Shown here: positions 10,852 through 22,255 of the stretch, piece by piece
Numbering within the stretch: position 1 is the first letter of the stretch
Layout: every line of letters starts with the position of its first letter
From: Amoeboaphelidium protococcarum X5
Lineage: Eukaryota > Fungi > Aphelidiomycota
Assembly (NCBI GenBank): GCA_023515725.1
Contig: JALDTO010000266.1
Span: 831,070 to 895,069 of the forward strand
Length of the DNA stretch: 64,000 nucleotides
Direction of reading: 5' to 3'
Notes under the pieces: generated by a model
Told to the model about the DNA's origin: nothing
Database searches by the model: none
The model's input: the letters and a program-made list of their open reading frames with translations, nothing else
Made by a program: the position numbers and the translations under genes

Positions 10852-13130
10852 TCAAAGAGACCAGTGTGGCGATTTGATGCTCTTCATCAACTTATCAAGA
10901 GACCACAAATTGGAAGATCTTTTGATTTCAAGCAACCTGACAGCTTCCTATTCACAGGAGGCTACATTCTCATTGACCATGCGCTTTATCTCATCGATAA
11001 TCACCCTGCGGCGATTGAAAAATTTGGATTCAGTTTAATCTTTACGCCATTTCGTTCCGAACGTAGCTTCCAAATCTTACACTGGAGGGCCGCCAGCAAT
11101 ACCACTAGTCCATTCCTACCATAGAGTACTCACTGTAACAACTGACCTATTCATCTTGTAGTCCAAAACCTCCGCGTCATCTTCTTCCGCGATATTACCT
11201 CCACTCGGTGCGGGCTGGCCAGCAGAGCTATTACCTTGATCAACACTCAAGCGGATTGCAGTTCTGCCCTGGAGTACGTCGGATATAGTATTCTGTGATT
11301 AAATTAGGCTGTTGTTCAGGCTCTGCAGCATAGCACTCTGACTATTCAGTTAAGATTTTAGTTCCTCGAAATTGCTTTGGGTAACTCTCTGCGATTCGGG
11401 CGCCAGACGATCAAGCAGTTCACTTCCAGATAACTCTGCATCCCGGCATGCGGCCTTGACTTGCTGAGAAAATTATTGGAAATAATTGGTTTAGAAAACT
11501 GACTCGTTCCAGAGGCTTAAATCAGGATAGGACCCCATCAATAACGCAGCATCCTGTAGAAAAACTATTCTAAGATGAAGCATCGTCTTAATGAACAGCT
11601 TCGTGGTCAAAGTCTGATTGCTATCTTCCAAGAGATGCAGGTAAGAGTTCAGCTGAGGATAAACCTCCATCTATAGTTCTTGAGAAGGTGTGATAGAGGC
11701 GCGATGTATGACGTACAAAGACTTTCGACTAAAGCCAGCCAATTTAACCAAATTGTCCCATTGGACAGACATATAACATCTGGATAGAGCATCAGACGAC
11801 CATCTACCCTACGCAGCTAATCGTCCATAATCTATCTCCTGTGCTTACGCGGAGTTGACGGCACATTTACGAGTAAGATGAGTTACTTTCGATGCACTAA
11901 TACCAGAGAGAGAAATTACCTTCTTCATCGTGTCTCTATGAGCATTGTAAGACAATTCAGAATCTGGCTGTCTAAATGACGATGGGAATAATTTATGCTA
12001 GAACCACTCCTCCGGAATAGACAAATCTGGAAACAGACATTGAGACACGTTGAACCGATAAAACAGATATACGGCCAAACTACTAACCGGGCAAATATTT
12101 ACATTACTGGCTCTTGTCATTTACGCGTATTCCTATCTATTGACATAATTAGTCTTGCCGTTACTGATGAGTAGACTCAATGCAACTACTTTGCGCCCAC
12201 CGCTGCCATTGTTTTCGACCATTGTCAAATCCGCAAACTCGAATGCTCGAACACTCTGTCCTCTCAACATTCCAAAGTGCGACAGCAGAATCATCGATCT
12301 CATTCTTAGAGCCGGCCCAAACTAGAACTACTAATAAAAAAGAACATCAACCAGCTATTGCAGCTAGGCGTCATTGGTGTAACCATCCGCTACAGTTCCA
12401 ATAGCTCTATCTTTAAACTCTCTGCGGTTTTTTCATTTTCCTGCCGCTTTAGATACTTGAGGTAGGATTTTACAGCGGACCCACGTGGATGAGGAAAGTT
12501 GTTCGCGTTCAGATTCTTTTAATGCTGCCATAGATGCACCAAAGCACTGACTGCATTTTGAACAGTCTTCAGACCAACTCTAGATCTGGTTTGGTTAGCT
12601 CTAAAATCTCCTCTATTGACAACCTCCGTGTGAATGAAAGCAAGCAACTTTTACTCTGATACTAATTAACGAGTCATATCAGGGAAAGTCTACTAATTGC
12701 ACCACAGCAAGTACTACTGCATGGGACCTTTATAAGTTTTCAGCGTGCTACGCGACACATCGTTCTATACAGCCCTCATTACCTCATTAAATATCTATTC
12801 CGCAGATGGCGTGCTAATACTCGTATTCACCAATTAGTCCATCTCTCTAAGATTACCGTCATTCACGCTTTATACTGCAGCTTACGATTATAATTGCTAC
12901 AGAATCTAAACAACATCCACAGGGAGACTCTATTGCGCTTCAGAGGCGGTATTACCTATATTCTCCTCATCTTCACTATTATCAGAGTCATCATTAGATG
13001 ATAACAATTCAGATAAATTACTGCTTGCGTGGTCAGAATTACTGATACTCGGCTCCAGTCTACGACGTTTAATTATGCAAGGCATTTTCAGTGTTAAGTG
13101 AATAAAAGGAAAAGAAGGAGAAAGGGACAT
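10852..13130 (-). mobile_element. Crypton (CryptonF-type) DNA transposon ORF: tyrosine recombinase/NDC10-II plus GCR1_C domain; one frameshift at about 12428-12433
   Basis: Motifs LWQHQ..NNFPHPRG, DRAIGTVADGY, SHFGMLRGQS, NGKTN, CPVSSLAVYLFYRF, KVTHLTRK, GRWSSDALSRCY and LRIVFLQDAA. C-terminal YKMNRSVVTVSTLWQEWTSGIAGGPPVQDLEATFGTKWRK...FFNRRRVIIDEI is GCR1_C-like. Element ends are not defined. Confidence 0.88.
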
Positions 13131-13676
13131 ACGATACAGTTTACAGTAGATAAAGCGACGGACACTAAATGGATGTAAATGTTGTAGTACTAAATTCTTA
13201 GAGTCAAACTAAATTCTAGATTCCCTTCATCGTTGATTTCAACTATATAAAGAGTCGTTGATTATCAAGGTGTGTTAAGAGCAAACACTGCATATAACAT
13301 GCAATCAAGGTAGGAAAGCAAGCTGAGCGAAACAAGTATTTATCCGTAGATAATCGTTGTTTATCTGGATAAATTACGGAGACCTGAGTCTTACTCGCTT
13401 TGTTTGTTCAGTGTGATTGGGTCCGATCGGTCTTGGGACTCGCCCAGCAAACTCGCGACTCGTCCTTGGTTTATTTTTATTTATCCGAATTGTTCGGCAA
13501 AATCTGAATTGATCTTGGAGCTATTACCCCTTCAAATCGCGCAACGAAGTAGTTTGAGGAAGTGGCGCAGTTACAATTAAGGATGCACGCCTCACGTTTC
13601 CGATTGTGTAGAATCTTCTTTTAAAAAAGTTCAAATCACTCAGTCCATCTTATCTTGATTATCTATATTCTTAGAG

Positions 13677-14471
13677 ATGCTGGTGTATTTTTTAATCTTC
13701 ACGTGTTTATACTTAACTTTAAGCTATGCGATCCTTGTGGAGCTGATCTCATACAAGATGACGGCGCGTGAGACGTTTGAGGAGGGAAAATAAGCGTGGA
13801 AGGAAGGTAGAACATCAGAGTGGATGATGAGCGTCGGATCCCTCGCGTGTCGACCATGTCTGGGCACCATGAGATACGTAGGAATTCCTCTGTTTCATCC
13901 AGCCGTTGCTGTGCATTTTGAAAATGATTAATCTACCGCTGAAGGAGAGCCGCAAATATAGTAGTCTTAGTCATCGAACGAATTCGTGATTGATTACAAC
14001 TATGTCTTGCTTGGTTGGTCAGTAACTTCTGCTAATCGACAGTGGAGAACTGAGACTTACGCCAAGTGTGATAGCAGCAAGTCAAGAGAGGACATCAACT
14101 ACTTTATATAAGAGTATGAGAAGTACTTGGATTACGGAACTTTGCGCAACAATTGCCAGCATGGCGCCCTTCATTTGCTCGCATTTCTCTGCGACGATCG
14201 CTGGACCGTAGGAAATTTGAAGATTTTTCTGCAAGAGCTCGTTGCTGGCAATGAAAAGTAGATTTTAGATATCTCTCTTGATCCAGATACTGGAAGTTTG
14301 AAAGATGCTTTGCCAAAGAAGATGACTCGTCTTCCATAATTCTTGTATAATTGTTGGAAACCTGCTAGATTGATGCTACCTAAAAAGCCTGGTTTGCTTC
14401 GTCGACGAAAGTTGCTGAAAGCTTTGGGCTACGCGTAAGATCCTAATGGACCAACAATATAACACAATTGA
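13677..14471 (+). CDS. Secreted protein with a permuted papain-like (PPPDE/LRAT-type) His...Asn-Cys signature (264 aa)
   Basis: Signal peptide MLVYFLIFTCLYLTLSYA, motifs LFHPAVAV and DYGTLRNNCQHGA. Open with TAR=Gln to TGA 14469-14471. Confidence 0.6.
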
Positions 14472-14557
14472 AAGTGAAGGTAAAAGTGTGCACTAATATT
14501 TAATTTATTTCCATTTCATCACTTCTTCATTTAATTTTATTGTGGTGGTAAACTAAC

Positions 14558-15532
14558 TCATTTCTTGTTGTTCTTCTTGCCGCAGTCAGCTGATGGAGGT
14601 GTCAAAGGGCATTGCTGCAGAGGCGTAGTTTCAGGACATCTGCCAGCTAAACAATTGGCAATTCTGGCTTATGGAGGAATATTCGATCTGCACTCATCAA
14701 CACTCTGACAGTCAGCGCTATCTTTATTGAAATTACCGCACATGCCAGAGGTGGTGGAAGCAAAATCAGTAGACATATCAATCTTGAAGGTCAAAAACGG
14801 AGTATTATTAACCGAAGAACTGGACACGGTAATAACGGCAAAATCGTTGGCCTTAATCACTGCACTAGTACTGCCTGGAGCCATTTCAATGACAAGACGA
14901 CCATCAGTACCAAACTTGGACAGCGTCAAAGGACCATTAAGCGAAGGTGCAATCGTGACAAACTAATCCAAAAATTGTACGTTTATAGTCTTAGTGCATG
15001 GTAAAGACATGCCGCAATTTCCTTGCTAGCCTTGAACCTATAAGAACGGACTCTTGAAGTACTAGACGGTATCTGCAGGAGTGTCAAGCAGATTTTGAGG
15101 AATTGTAAACTAATAGCCGACTCCATCGAAGGTTGTCACGCGAGGACTACCTACATCAATAGAGCACGTAGCAGTCTTGCCACTATCTCCAGGCTTAGCA
15201 AATTTCAGTCTCTCATTTTTAGGCTTGGCACAAGGAGTAGTATACTTCAAGGAGGATTTTGCAAAGTCTTTACCAGGACTAGTGATGACCAACTCCTGAG
15301 GCTAGTTAAAGTTTTGAGAACTAAAGGTCAGAGAGCAGTTGGCAAAAGTAAGATCATCGCTGGATACATTGACGACGAAATTCTCTGTATCAGGTGCCTT
15401 GCTCAGAGTAACCGGGACAACCAGGCCGACGCTTTGCAGAGCACCATCAAATTTGGCCTTCTTCGCCCCAAATAGGACTCTTTGAGCAGAAGCCATGGTA
15501 GCAGCAACACAGATAAAGGCAGCGACACGCAT
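14558..15532 (-). CDS. Secreted VWD (von Willebrand factor type D) domain protein, short paralog without stalk or GPI signal (324 aa)
   Basis: Signal peptide MRVAAFICVAATMASA, ATCSIDVGSPRVTTFDGVGY and TTSGMCGNFNKD. Confidence 0.8.
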
Positions 15533-16269
15533 TTTCAGTTTAAGAATATCAGATAATAGTAATATCAGAAGTTATGAAATTTTTATTTCGAAAGAAAAGA
15601 GCGGAGATAAGCAAGTTTCACCTTTTATTCGGTTCACACCAATCTGTCGATCAACCAATCCCAAGTGTCCAGAGTAGAAATGTAACCTAGCGGATTGGCC
15701 TCGAGGATATCCAATAGAATTCCGTCAGTGGTTCTCATTGGGTGTGTATATACCCGATATCGCGTGCTTCTGAAAGATGCGTAGAGAGAGAGCAATAAAC
15801 AATACAGTACTACATGATAGTGTGATGACTCATGTGAAACAGCATTTGTTTGTTTGCTGATTATAGGCAAAGTTGTTTCAAGCGAGAAGAGAGAATTTCA
15901 CGCGTCTCACTATAGCCCCTGGCCCTCAAATTATATTCTAGCTATCCAGTATGATAATTAATTTACTGAAAAATTATCGGTCAGCGTCACGCCTAAGACA
16001 ACCTGCTATTGCTTACAATGCTATACTCTTTGAACAACTTCGAGCATTGATTCCCGTTTAAATTTCAAGGCTCCGAGCCTTCAGCTACGTGTCCCATTGT
16101 GAGGCTCTCATTTTCAGTAAATTTTTATTGAAGGACCGTTTGATTGCTACCACCAATTGGACAATATAAATTAAACTTGAAAGTAAGCAAAAGAATGTTT
16201 TAAGTTAATATATATATTTCTGTATTACATTCACTTTAAAACTTTGAACAAATCAACATCTTATCGTCA

Positions 16270-17290
16270 TCACAACATCATCAGCATCAGAGCAGGGATG
16301 GCAGCGAATAACGCGCTGATTGCCACATTAGATGTGCCACTGCCCATGATTGCATCCTAAATATCGGACAGATCAATATCAGCAACACACTTCTTTACAT
16401 CCTTGATAGGAGTAAAATTACCATAATTGAAACCGGCATCCTTTGCCACCTCAACAGCTTTCGGATTCTCAGTGACCTTCTACTCACAAGTTGCGTACTC
16501 GCGAGCATCATCGGCAGGAACTCCAACAACAGCCTTCTGAGTGTCACAGATACTGTGCATACTTTGACTGTAAGCCTAGACGTACATAGAGGCCTGAAGA
16601 GGATTGGTAGCATCCAAACACCACTCAAAGAAGATCTTTACTTCCAGCTTACAAGACAACTTGATGTCCAACAAAGCCTGACATGGAGCATTGTTCAAGC
16701 TTGGAGGTGGCGCAGGCACTGGAGTTGGAGCACTTGGTGGCACACTGTAGGTTGGTGTCTCAGTGCTGACTCCAGCAACGGTGGACACGCCAGACCCAAC
16801 TGAAGTTACGCTGTTAACAACGAGAGTAGATGATACGACTTAAGTCTTCGATACAGACGGAGTCTAGTAAGCAGGAGTATTACCGCCAGCAGGAGGAGAG
16901 GATTGATAAGCAGGTGGATTGACTACAGTAGAAGTTGATCCCCCTGCAGGGGATGAGCTTACGACGGCTGTGCCACTAACAGCTGGAGAAGACTTGTAAG
17001 CTGGTGGATTTACAGCACCGGATGTAGTAGTTACAGCAGTGCCAATGACGGAAGTGGAAGTCTTCTGAGTCGACACCAAAGGTGCGGTAGTAGTAGTAGA
17101 TCCCAGTGAACCATTAGTTTTGGTAGTGATAGTGGTGGAGGTAGATTCCACAGTAGCAGCACTGACAGGCACTGTGGTAGTGCTGGTCTTCACAGTCAGA
17201 GAAGTAGTGGTAGTAGCCTTATTGGTAGTAGTGGTGGATTCAATGGTAGCAGCACTGACAGGAACAGTGGTAGTAGTCGGTACCTTAGTG

Positions 17291-17321
<31 letters not shown>

Positions 17322-18282
17322 TGGTGGTGGTAAAAGCACAAGATGCAGGCTGAGATGGTACTTGGCACTGTTCCAGCGTCTAAGCCTAAGGACAACGACC
17401 GGCAGCACAGTTCATAATTCTCTCAGATGGGGGAACCACCGCGCTACATTGATCGACAGACTAACAGTCCGTGCGGTCCTTATTGTAATTACCACACATA
17501 CCAGAGACAGTCTTTTCAAACGCAGAGTTCAGCGTGATAAAGTTGTTCAGGTAAGCAACGTTGTTCACTGCACCCCACTAGACAGAAATCATTGCCACAC
17601 CGTTGATATTAAACAGCAGCTGATTGTCCTATACAGTAGCCGTGATTCTATCCTTATTTCCATAAGGAGTATAGGTGGTTGTAACCTTTCCCCCAGAGAA
17701 AGACGTGGTAACAAGGATGAACTAATCCAGAAAGCGGATACCCAGAGATTTGGTACAGGTGAGAGCCATGCCACAGTAACCTTGTTGGCCTTGCACAGTC
17801 AAGTATGGACTTTTAACGTAGTACACCGTGTCAGCAGGAGTGTCAAGCAGATTTCTTGGGATTGTGAAACTGTAGTTGACACCATCGAACGTCAGGACGT
17901 GAGGATCACCAGTGACACTACAAGTAGCTGCGCGATCGATACCGTTTACAACCTTCAGCGCTACCTCCTAAGGCTTACTGCAGGGAGTGGTGTACACCAG
18001 CTTGGCCTCCTTGACCATTTTTCCGGGGGCAGAGATTTGCAAATTCTGAGGCTTGTTCCAATTCTAACGCGTAAACACCAGCTTGCATTGCGCAATAGTG
18101 ATCTCATTACTACCAAAGACCACCTCAAAGTTATCATTATCAGGAGCCTTGTCCAATGACACGGGCACAGTCTGACCAAGACTGCTCATGGTGCCATCAA
18201 ATTTAGTGAACTAATCGCCAAATTTTACCTGCTAGGCATTGACCAAGACGGAAGCAATGCAGATTAAGGACGCAAGAAGCAT
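16270..18282 (-). CDS. Secreted VWD-domain protein with Thr/Ser-rich mucin-like stalk, Cys-rich C-domain and GPI-type tail (670 aa)
   Basis: MLLASLICIASVLVNA, ATCSVTGDPHVLTFDG, SGMCGNYNKD, poly-Thr tract and hydrophobic end SALFAAIPALMLMML*. Confidence 0.85.
16797..17290. repeat. About 0.5-kb segment nearly identical to about 20256-20750 (stalk-coding region of two VWD paralogs)
   Basis: ORF-track peptides 16864-17193 and 20323-20652 are identical. Only one nucleotide difference was seen by eye (agctgg vs agccgg). Confidence 0.9.
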
Positions 18283-18419
18283 TGTTATATCTATTTAGTA
18301 AGTGGATCTATAAAGTCAGAGAATTTGATAGAGAGAAATTAATTGAGAAGAAGAAGAAGAGAGGGTGTAAAATATCAACATTAAATAAGTAGTTGGCCAA
18401 GATCGTCTTGCAGAGTGGT

Positions 18420-18540
18420 ATAAATTGCTCGATAGCCAATCCCCCGTCTGTGGCCATCTTGGCAATACGCGGATTGGTTTAAGCGAGATCCGATTTCAGT
18501 TGATTGGATCTTGGCGAAGTTGCATACCAATCCCAATGTG
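18420..18540. promoter_or_regulatory. CCAAT-box cluster upstream of a VWD gene, conserved at about 21880-22000
   Basis: Several CCAAT(C)/GATTGG sites lie in a colinear non-coding block shared by both paralogs. CCAAT sites also occur at about 15637-15742, upstream of the short paralog. Confidence 0.55.
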
Positions 18541-19749
18541 ACAATATAAAAGTTAATAATAGCACAGCTAGATATGAATTTGATAACGATGAAAGTAAAT
18601 CTGCGCGAGTGGTGCTCGCTGCGACACGCTCCGAAAACCATGTTTAAAGAGAATGGCGCAGACCAGTGCTATGTTGACTTCTGATTAATGAATGTTCTTA
18701 TTAACTTGTTTCATCTATCAGTTTGATATTATCACTATCTTATTCGACGCTATTATTAAAACGTGTTTATAAGCTGTGTATGAGAATAGAAATTGAGAAC
18801 TTCGCAGTACTATGAACACACAATCTAAGTGGACATACAGTCCTAGATGAAAGAAACAGTTTTCAGAACCTCTTTACTTCACCCAAGTATTTCAGTTCTT
18901 TCATGAAAACTTCTCTCAGTGGAAAGATGGGCTTCTTAATGGTCTCATATTGTTCAGCATGATTTCCACAAACCGTGGCGCGTTTCAGTTATGCAACAAC
19001 TATGCTTGTCGAGCAATTAAACGCGAATTTACAGTTCGATTGACGAACAATTCTGCGCAATGACAATGAAAGAGTGATAGGAGCATCGTAAAAGAGCTGA
19101 CGTCTGTATAAATGTGCGTCGAAAATGATTGATTCGGTGAAGGCCACGTTATAGACGAGCACATGTAAAAAATAGCAGAGTTGTTTAGAGAGAAAATCCG
19201 CTGAACTAGGATGTAATTTTTCATCGAGAAATGGATCACTATTAAGTGAGCTTGACCCGTTTAATTCTCCATCCAAATATAAGCAAGAGTGAGTAATTCC
19301 AACGCGTATGTTTTAAAAAACATACCCAAGTGGATATTTGAGTAATTTAAAGATGTTTCATCAGGTATTTCACTGTTTCGCGTAAGATGTGCAGTACATA
19401 TCTGGCTAATACACTCAACCAAAACGTAACTTGGCTCTAAATTCGAGATAATCTAGTGTACCCGCACCACTAACTATTCATTGAAAAATAGCTAGATTGT
19501 GCAGAGGTTTTCATGAAATTAGATATGAACGATGTGCTGTGTAATTGGGGCACAGTTAAGTTTTAAAACACGTCAGCTATCATACCATTCTTTAATATCT
19601 TTTTAATCAAGCACCGGCCGTTACTTACAAAGCTCACATTATAGGTCTTCTCGATACACTGGCAAATTGAGATCAAAACTTGAAAATACTACATGTATTG
19701 AATTTATATATTTTTGAGGATTCATTTTAAAATTGATCATCATATTTCA

Positions 19750-21750
19750 TCACAACATCACCAGCATTAAAGCAGGGATGGCAGCGAACAACGCGCTGAT
19801 TGCCACGTTAGAAGCGCCACTGCCCATTATAGCATCCTAGATATCAGACAGATTAATATCAGCAATGCACTTCTTCACATCCTTGATAGGAGTGAAATTG
19901 CCGTAGTTGATACCAGCATCCTTTGCCACCTCGACTGCTTTCGGATTCTCAATGATCTTCTGCTTACAAGTAGCATAATTGCGGACCTCATCCACAGGCA
20001 CTACGGTAACAGCCTTCTGAGTCTCACAGATACTGTGCATACTTTCGCCATAAGCCTTGACATACATAGATGCCTGAAGAGGATTCGTAGCATCCAAACA
20101 CCACTCAAAGAAGATTTTGACATCAAGCTTACAAGATACCTTGACGTCCAACAGAGCTTGACATGGAGCATTGTCCAGGCTTGGAGGTGGCGCAGGCACT
20201 GGAGTTGGAGCACTTGGTGGCACACTGTGGGTTGGAGTCTCGGTGCTGATTCCTACAACTGAAGTTACGCTGTTAACAACGAGAGTAGATGATACGACTT
20301 AAGTCTTCGATACAGACGGAGTCTAGTAAGCAGGAGTATTACCGCCAGCAGGAGGAGAGGATTGATAAGCAGGTGGATTGACTACAGTAGAAGTTGATCC
20401 CCCTGCAGGGGATGAGCTTACGACGGCTGTGCCACTAACAGCCGGAGAAGACTTGTAAGCTGGTGGATTTACAGCACCGGATGTAGTAGTTACAGCAGTG
20501 CCAATGACGGAAGTGGAAGTCTTCTGAGTCGACACCAAAGGTGCGGTAGTAGTAGTAGATCCCAGTGAACCATTAGTTTTGGTAGTGATAGTGGTGGAGG
20601 TAGATTCCACAGTAGCAGCACTGACAGGCACTGTGGTAGTGCTGGTCTTCACAGTCAGAGAAGTAGTGGTAGTAGCCTTATTGGTAGTAGTGGTGGATTC
20701 AATGGTAGCAGCACTGACAGGAACAGTGGTAGTAGTCGGTACCTTAGTGGTAGTGGTAGTAGTAGTAGTAGTGGTAGTGGTAGTGGTAGTGGTGGTGGTA
20801 ACAGCGCAAGATGCAGACTGAGTTGGTACTTTACACTACTGCAAGACAATAGCCTAAGGACAACGACCAGCAGCACAGTTGGTGATTCTCTCAGCTGGAG
20901 GAACCAATGCGCCACACTGCTCAATAGACATACAATCCTTACCATCCTTGTTAAAGTTACCACACATACCAGATATGGTCTTTTCAAAAGCAGAATTCAA
21001 CGTAATGAAGTTGTTCAGGTAAGCGATGTTGTTAATGGCACCCCACTTGACAGAGATCATTGCCACACCGTTGATGTTGAACAGCAGCTGATTATCCTTT
21101 ACAGTAGCTGTAATTCTGTCTTTGTTACCATAAGGAGTGTAAGTAGTCGTAGCCTTTCCTTAGGAGTAAGAAGTGGTGACCAGGATGAACTAATCCAAAA
21201 ACCGAATACCCAAAGACTTGGTACAAGTAGCAGCCATACCACAATCACCCTGTTGACCTTGCACAGTAAGATACGGACTTCTCATGTAGTACACAGTGTC
21301 GCTAGGAGTATCCAGCAGATTTTTCGGAATGGTGAAGACGTACTTTGCACCATCGAAAGATAGTACGTGAGGATCACCAGTGACACTACAAGTCGCTGCA
21401 TCATTATTACCATTAACAACCTTCAGTGAAACATTTTGAGGCTTTCCGCAGGGAGTAGTGTAGACCAGCGTGCCCTGCTTAGCCATCTTCTCGGGAGCAG
21501 AGATGTGCAGATTCTGCGGCTTATTCCAATTTTAACGCGTAAACACCAGCTTGCACTGAGCTATAGTAACATCTTCACTACCAAACTGCACTTCAAAGTC
21601 ATCAGTATCAGGGGCCTTGTCCAGCGACACGGGAATAATCTGACCAAGACCACCAATAGTACCGTCAAATTTAGTTTGCTCATCGCCAAATTTGACCTTC
21701 TAGGCATTGACCAAAACGGAAGCGATACAGATTAAGGACGCGAGAAGCAT
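19750..21750 (-). CDS. Secreted VWD-domain mucin-like GPI-type protein, tandem paralog (666 aa)
   Basis: Same architecture as 16270-18282: ATCSVTGDPHVLSFDG, ISGMCGNFNKD, near-identical stalk and hydrophobic tail. Confidence 0.85.
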
Positions 21751-22255
21751 TATTGTTGTTATCCAGATGGATCTATAAAGACAGACAATAAGACAGAGAG
21801 AATTATTATAATTATTTGTGGAGAGATGAAGAGAAAGTCGGTTGTAAAAAGTGTAAGGCCAAGATTGTCTGAGTGATATTAAATTGCCCGATAGCCAATC
21901 CCCCGGATTGTGACCATCTTGGCGGTACGCGGATTGGTCCCGCGAGATTCGACTTCAGTGGATTGGGTCTTGGCGACGTTGCACACCAATCCAATGTAGC
22001 TTGATATTAAACTTAAGTTTAGCTATAAATGTACTGTCGGATTAGAATATAAAATAATCTCACATTTGTAAATAAGGCTGATAGCACAATGCTAAAAACT
22101 ATCTTTGATTTTCACAGTTGCACTCATAACAGCGAAGGACAATATTTGATTGTAAAACATATTACATAGTCTAAATGGTGCATAAAAAATCTTTAAGATG
22201 TAGACATGACTGTTCTATATATATATTTCCATCGGCTTTATAACTCTCAGCATTT

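Noticed and set aside
10601-13531. Terminal inverted repeats (CAGGGGT...ACCCCTT) suggesting a hAT-like element
   Set aside because: Only about 6 bp match, no target-site duplication was seen, and the encoded enzyme is a tyrosine recombinase.
17285-17332. (GTA/GTG)n run resembling plus-strand poly-TAG or poly-Val (also about 20745-20800)
   Set aside because: It is the antisense of the poly-Thr stalk of the minus-strand VWD genes.
18560-19600. Short ORFs between the VWD paralogs, and similar fragments at about 62230-62600
   Set aside because: No long TGA-free frame with recognisable motifs was found, so they are left unannotated.
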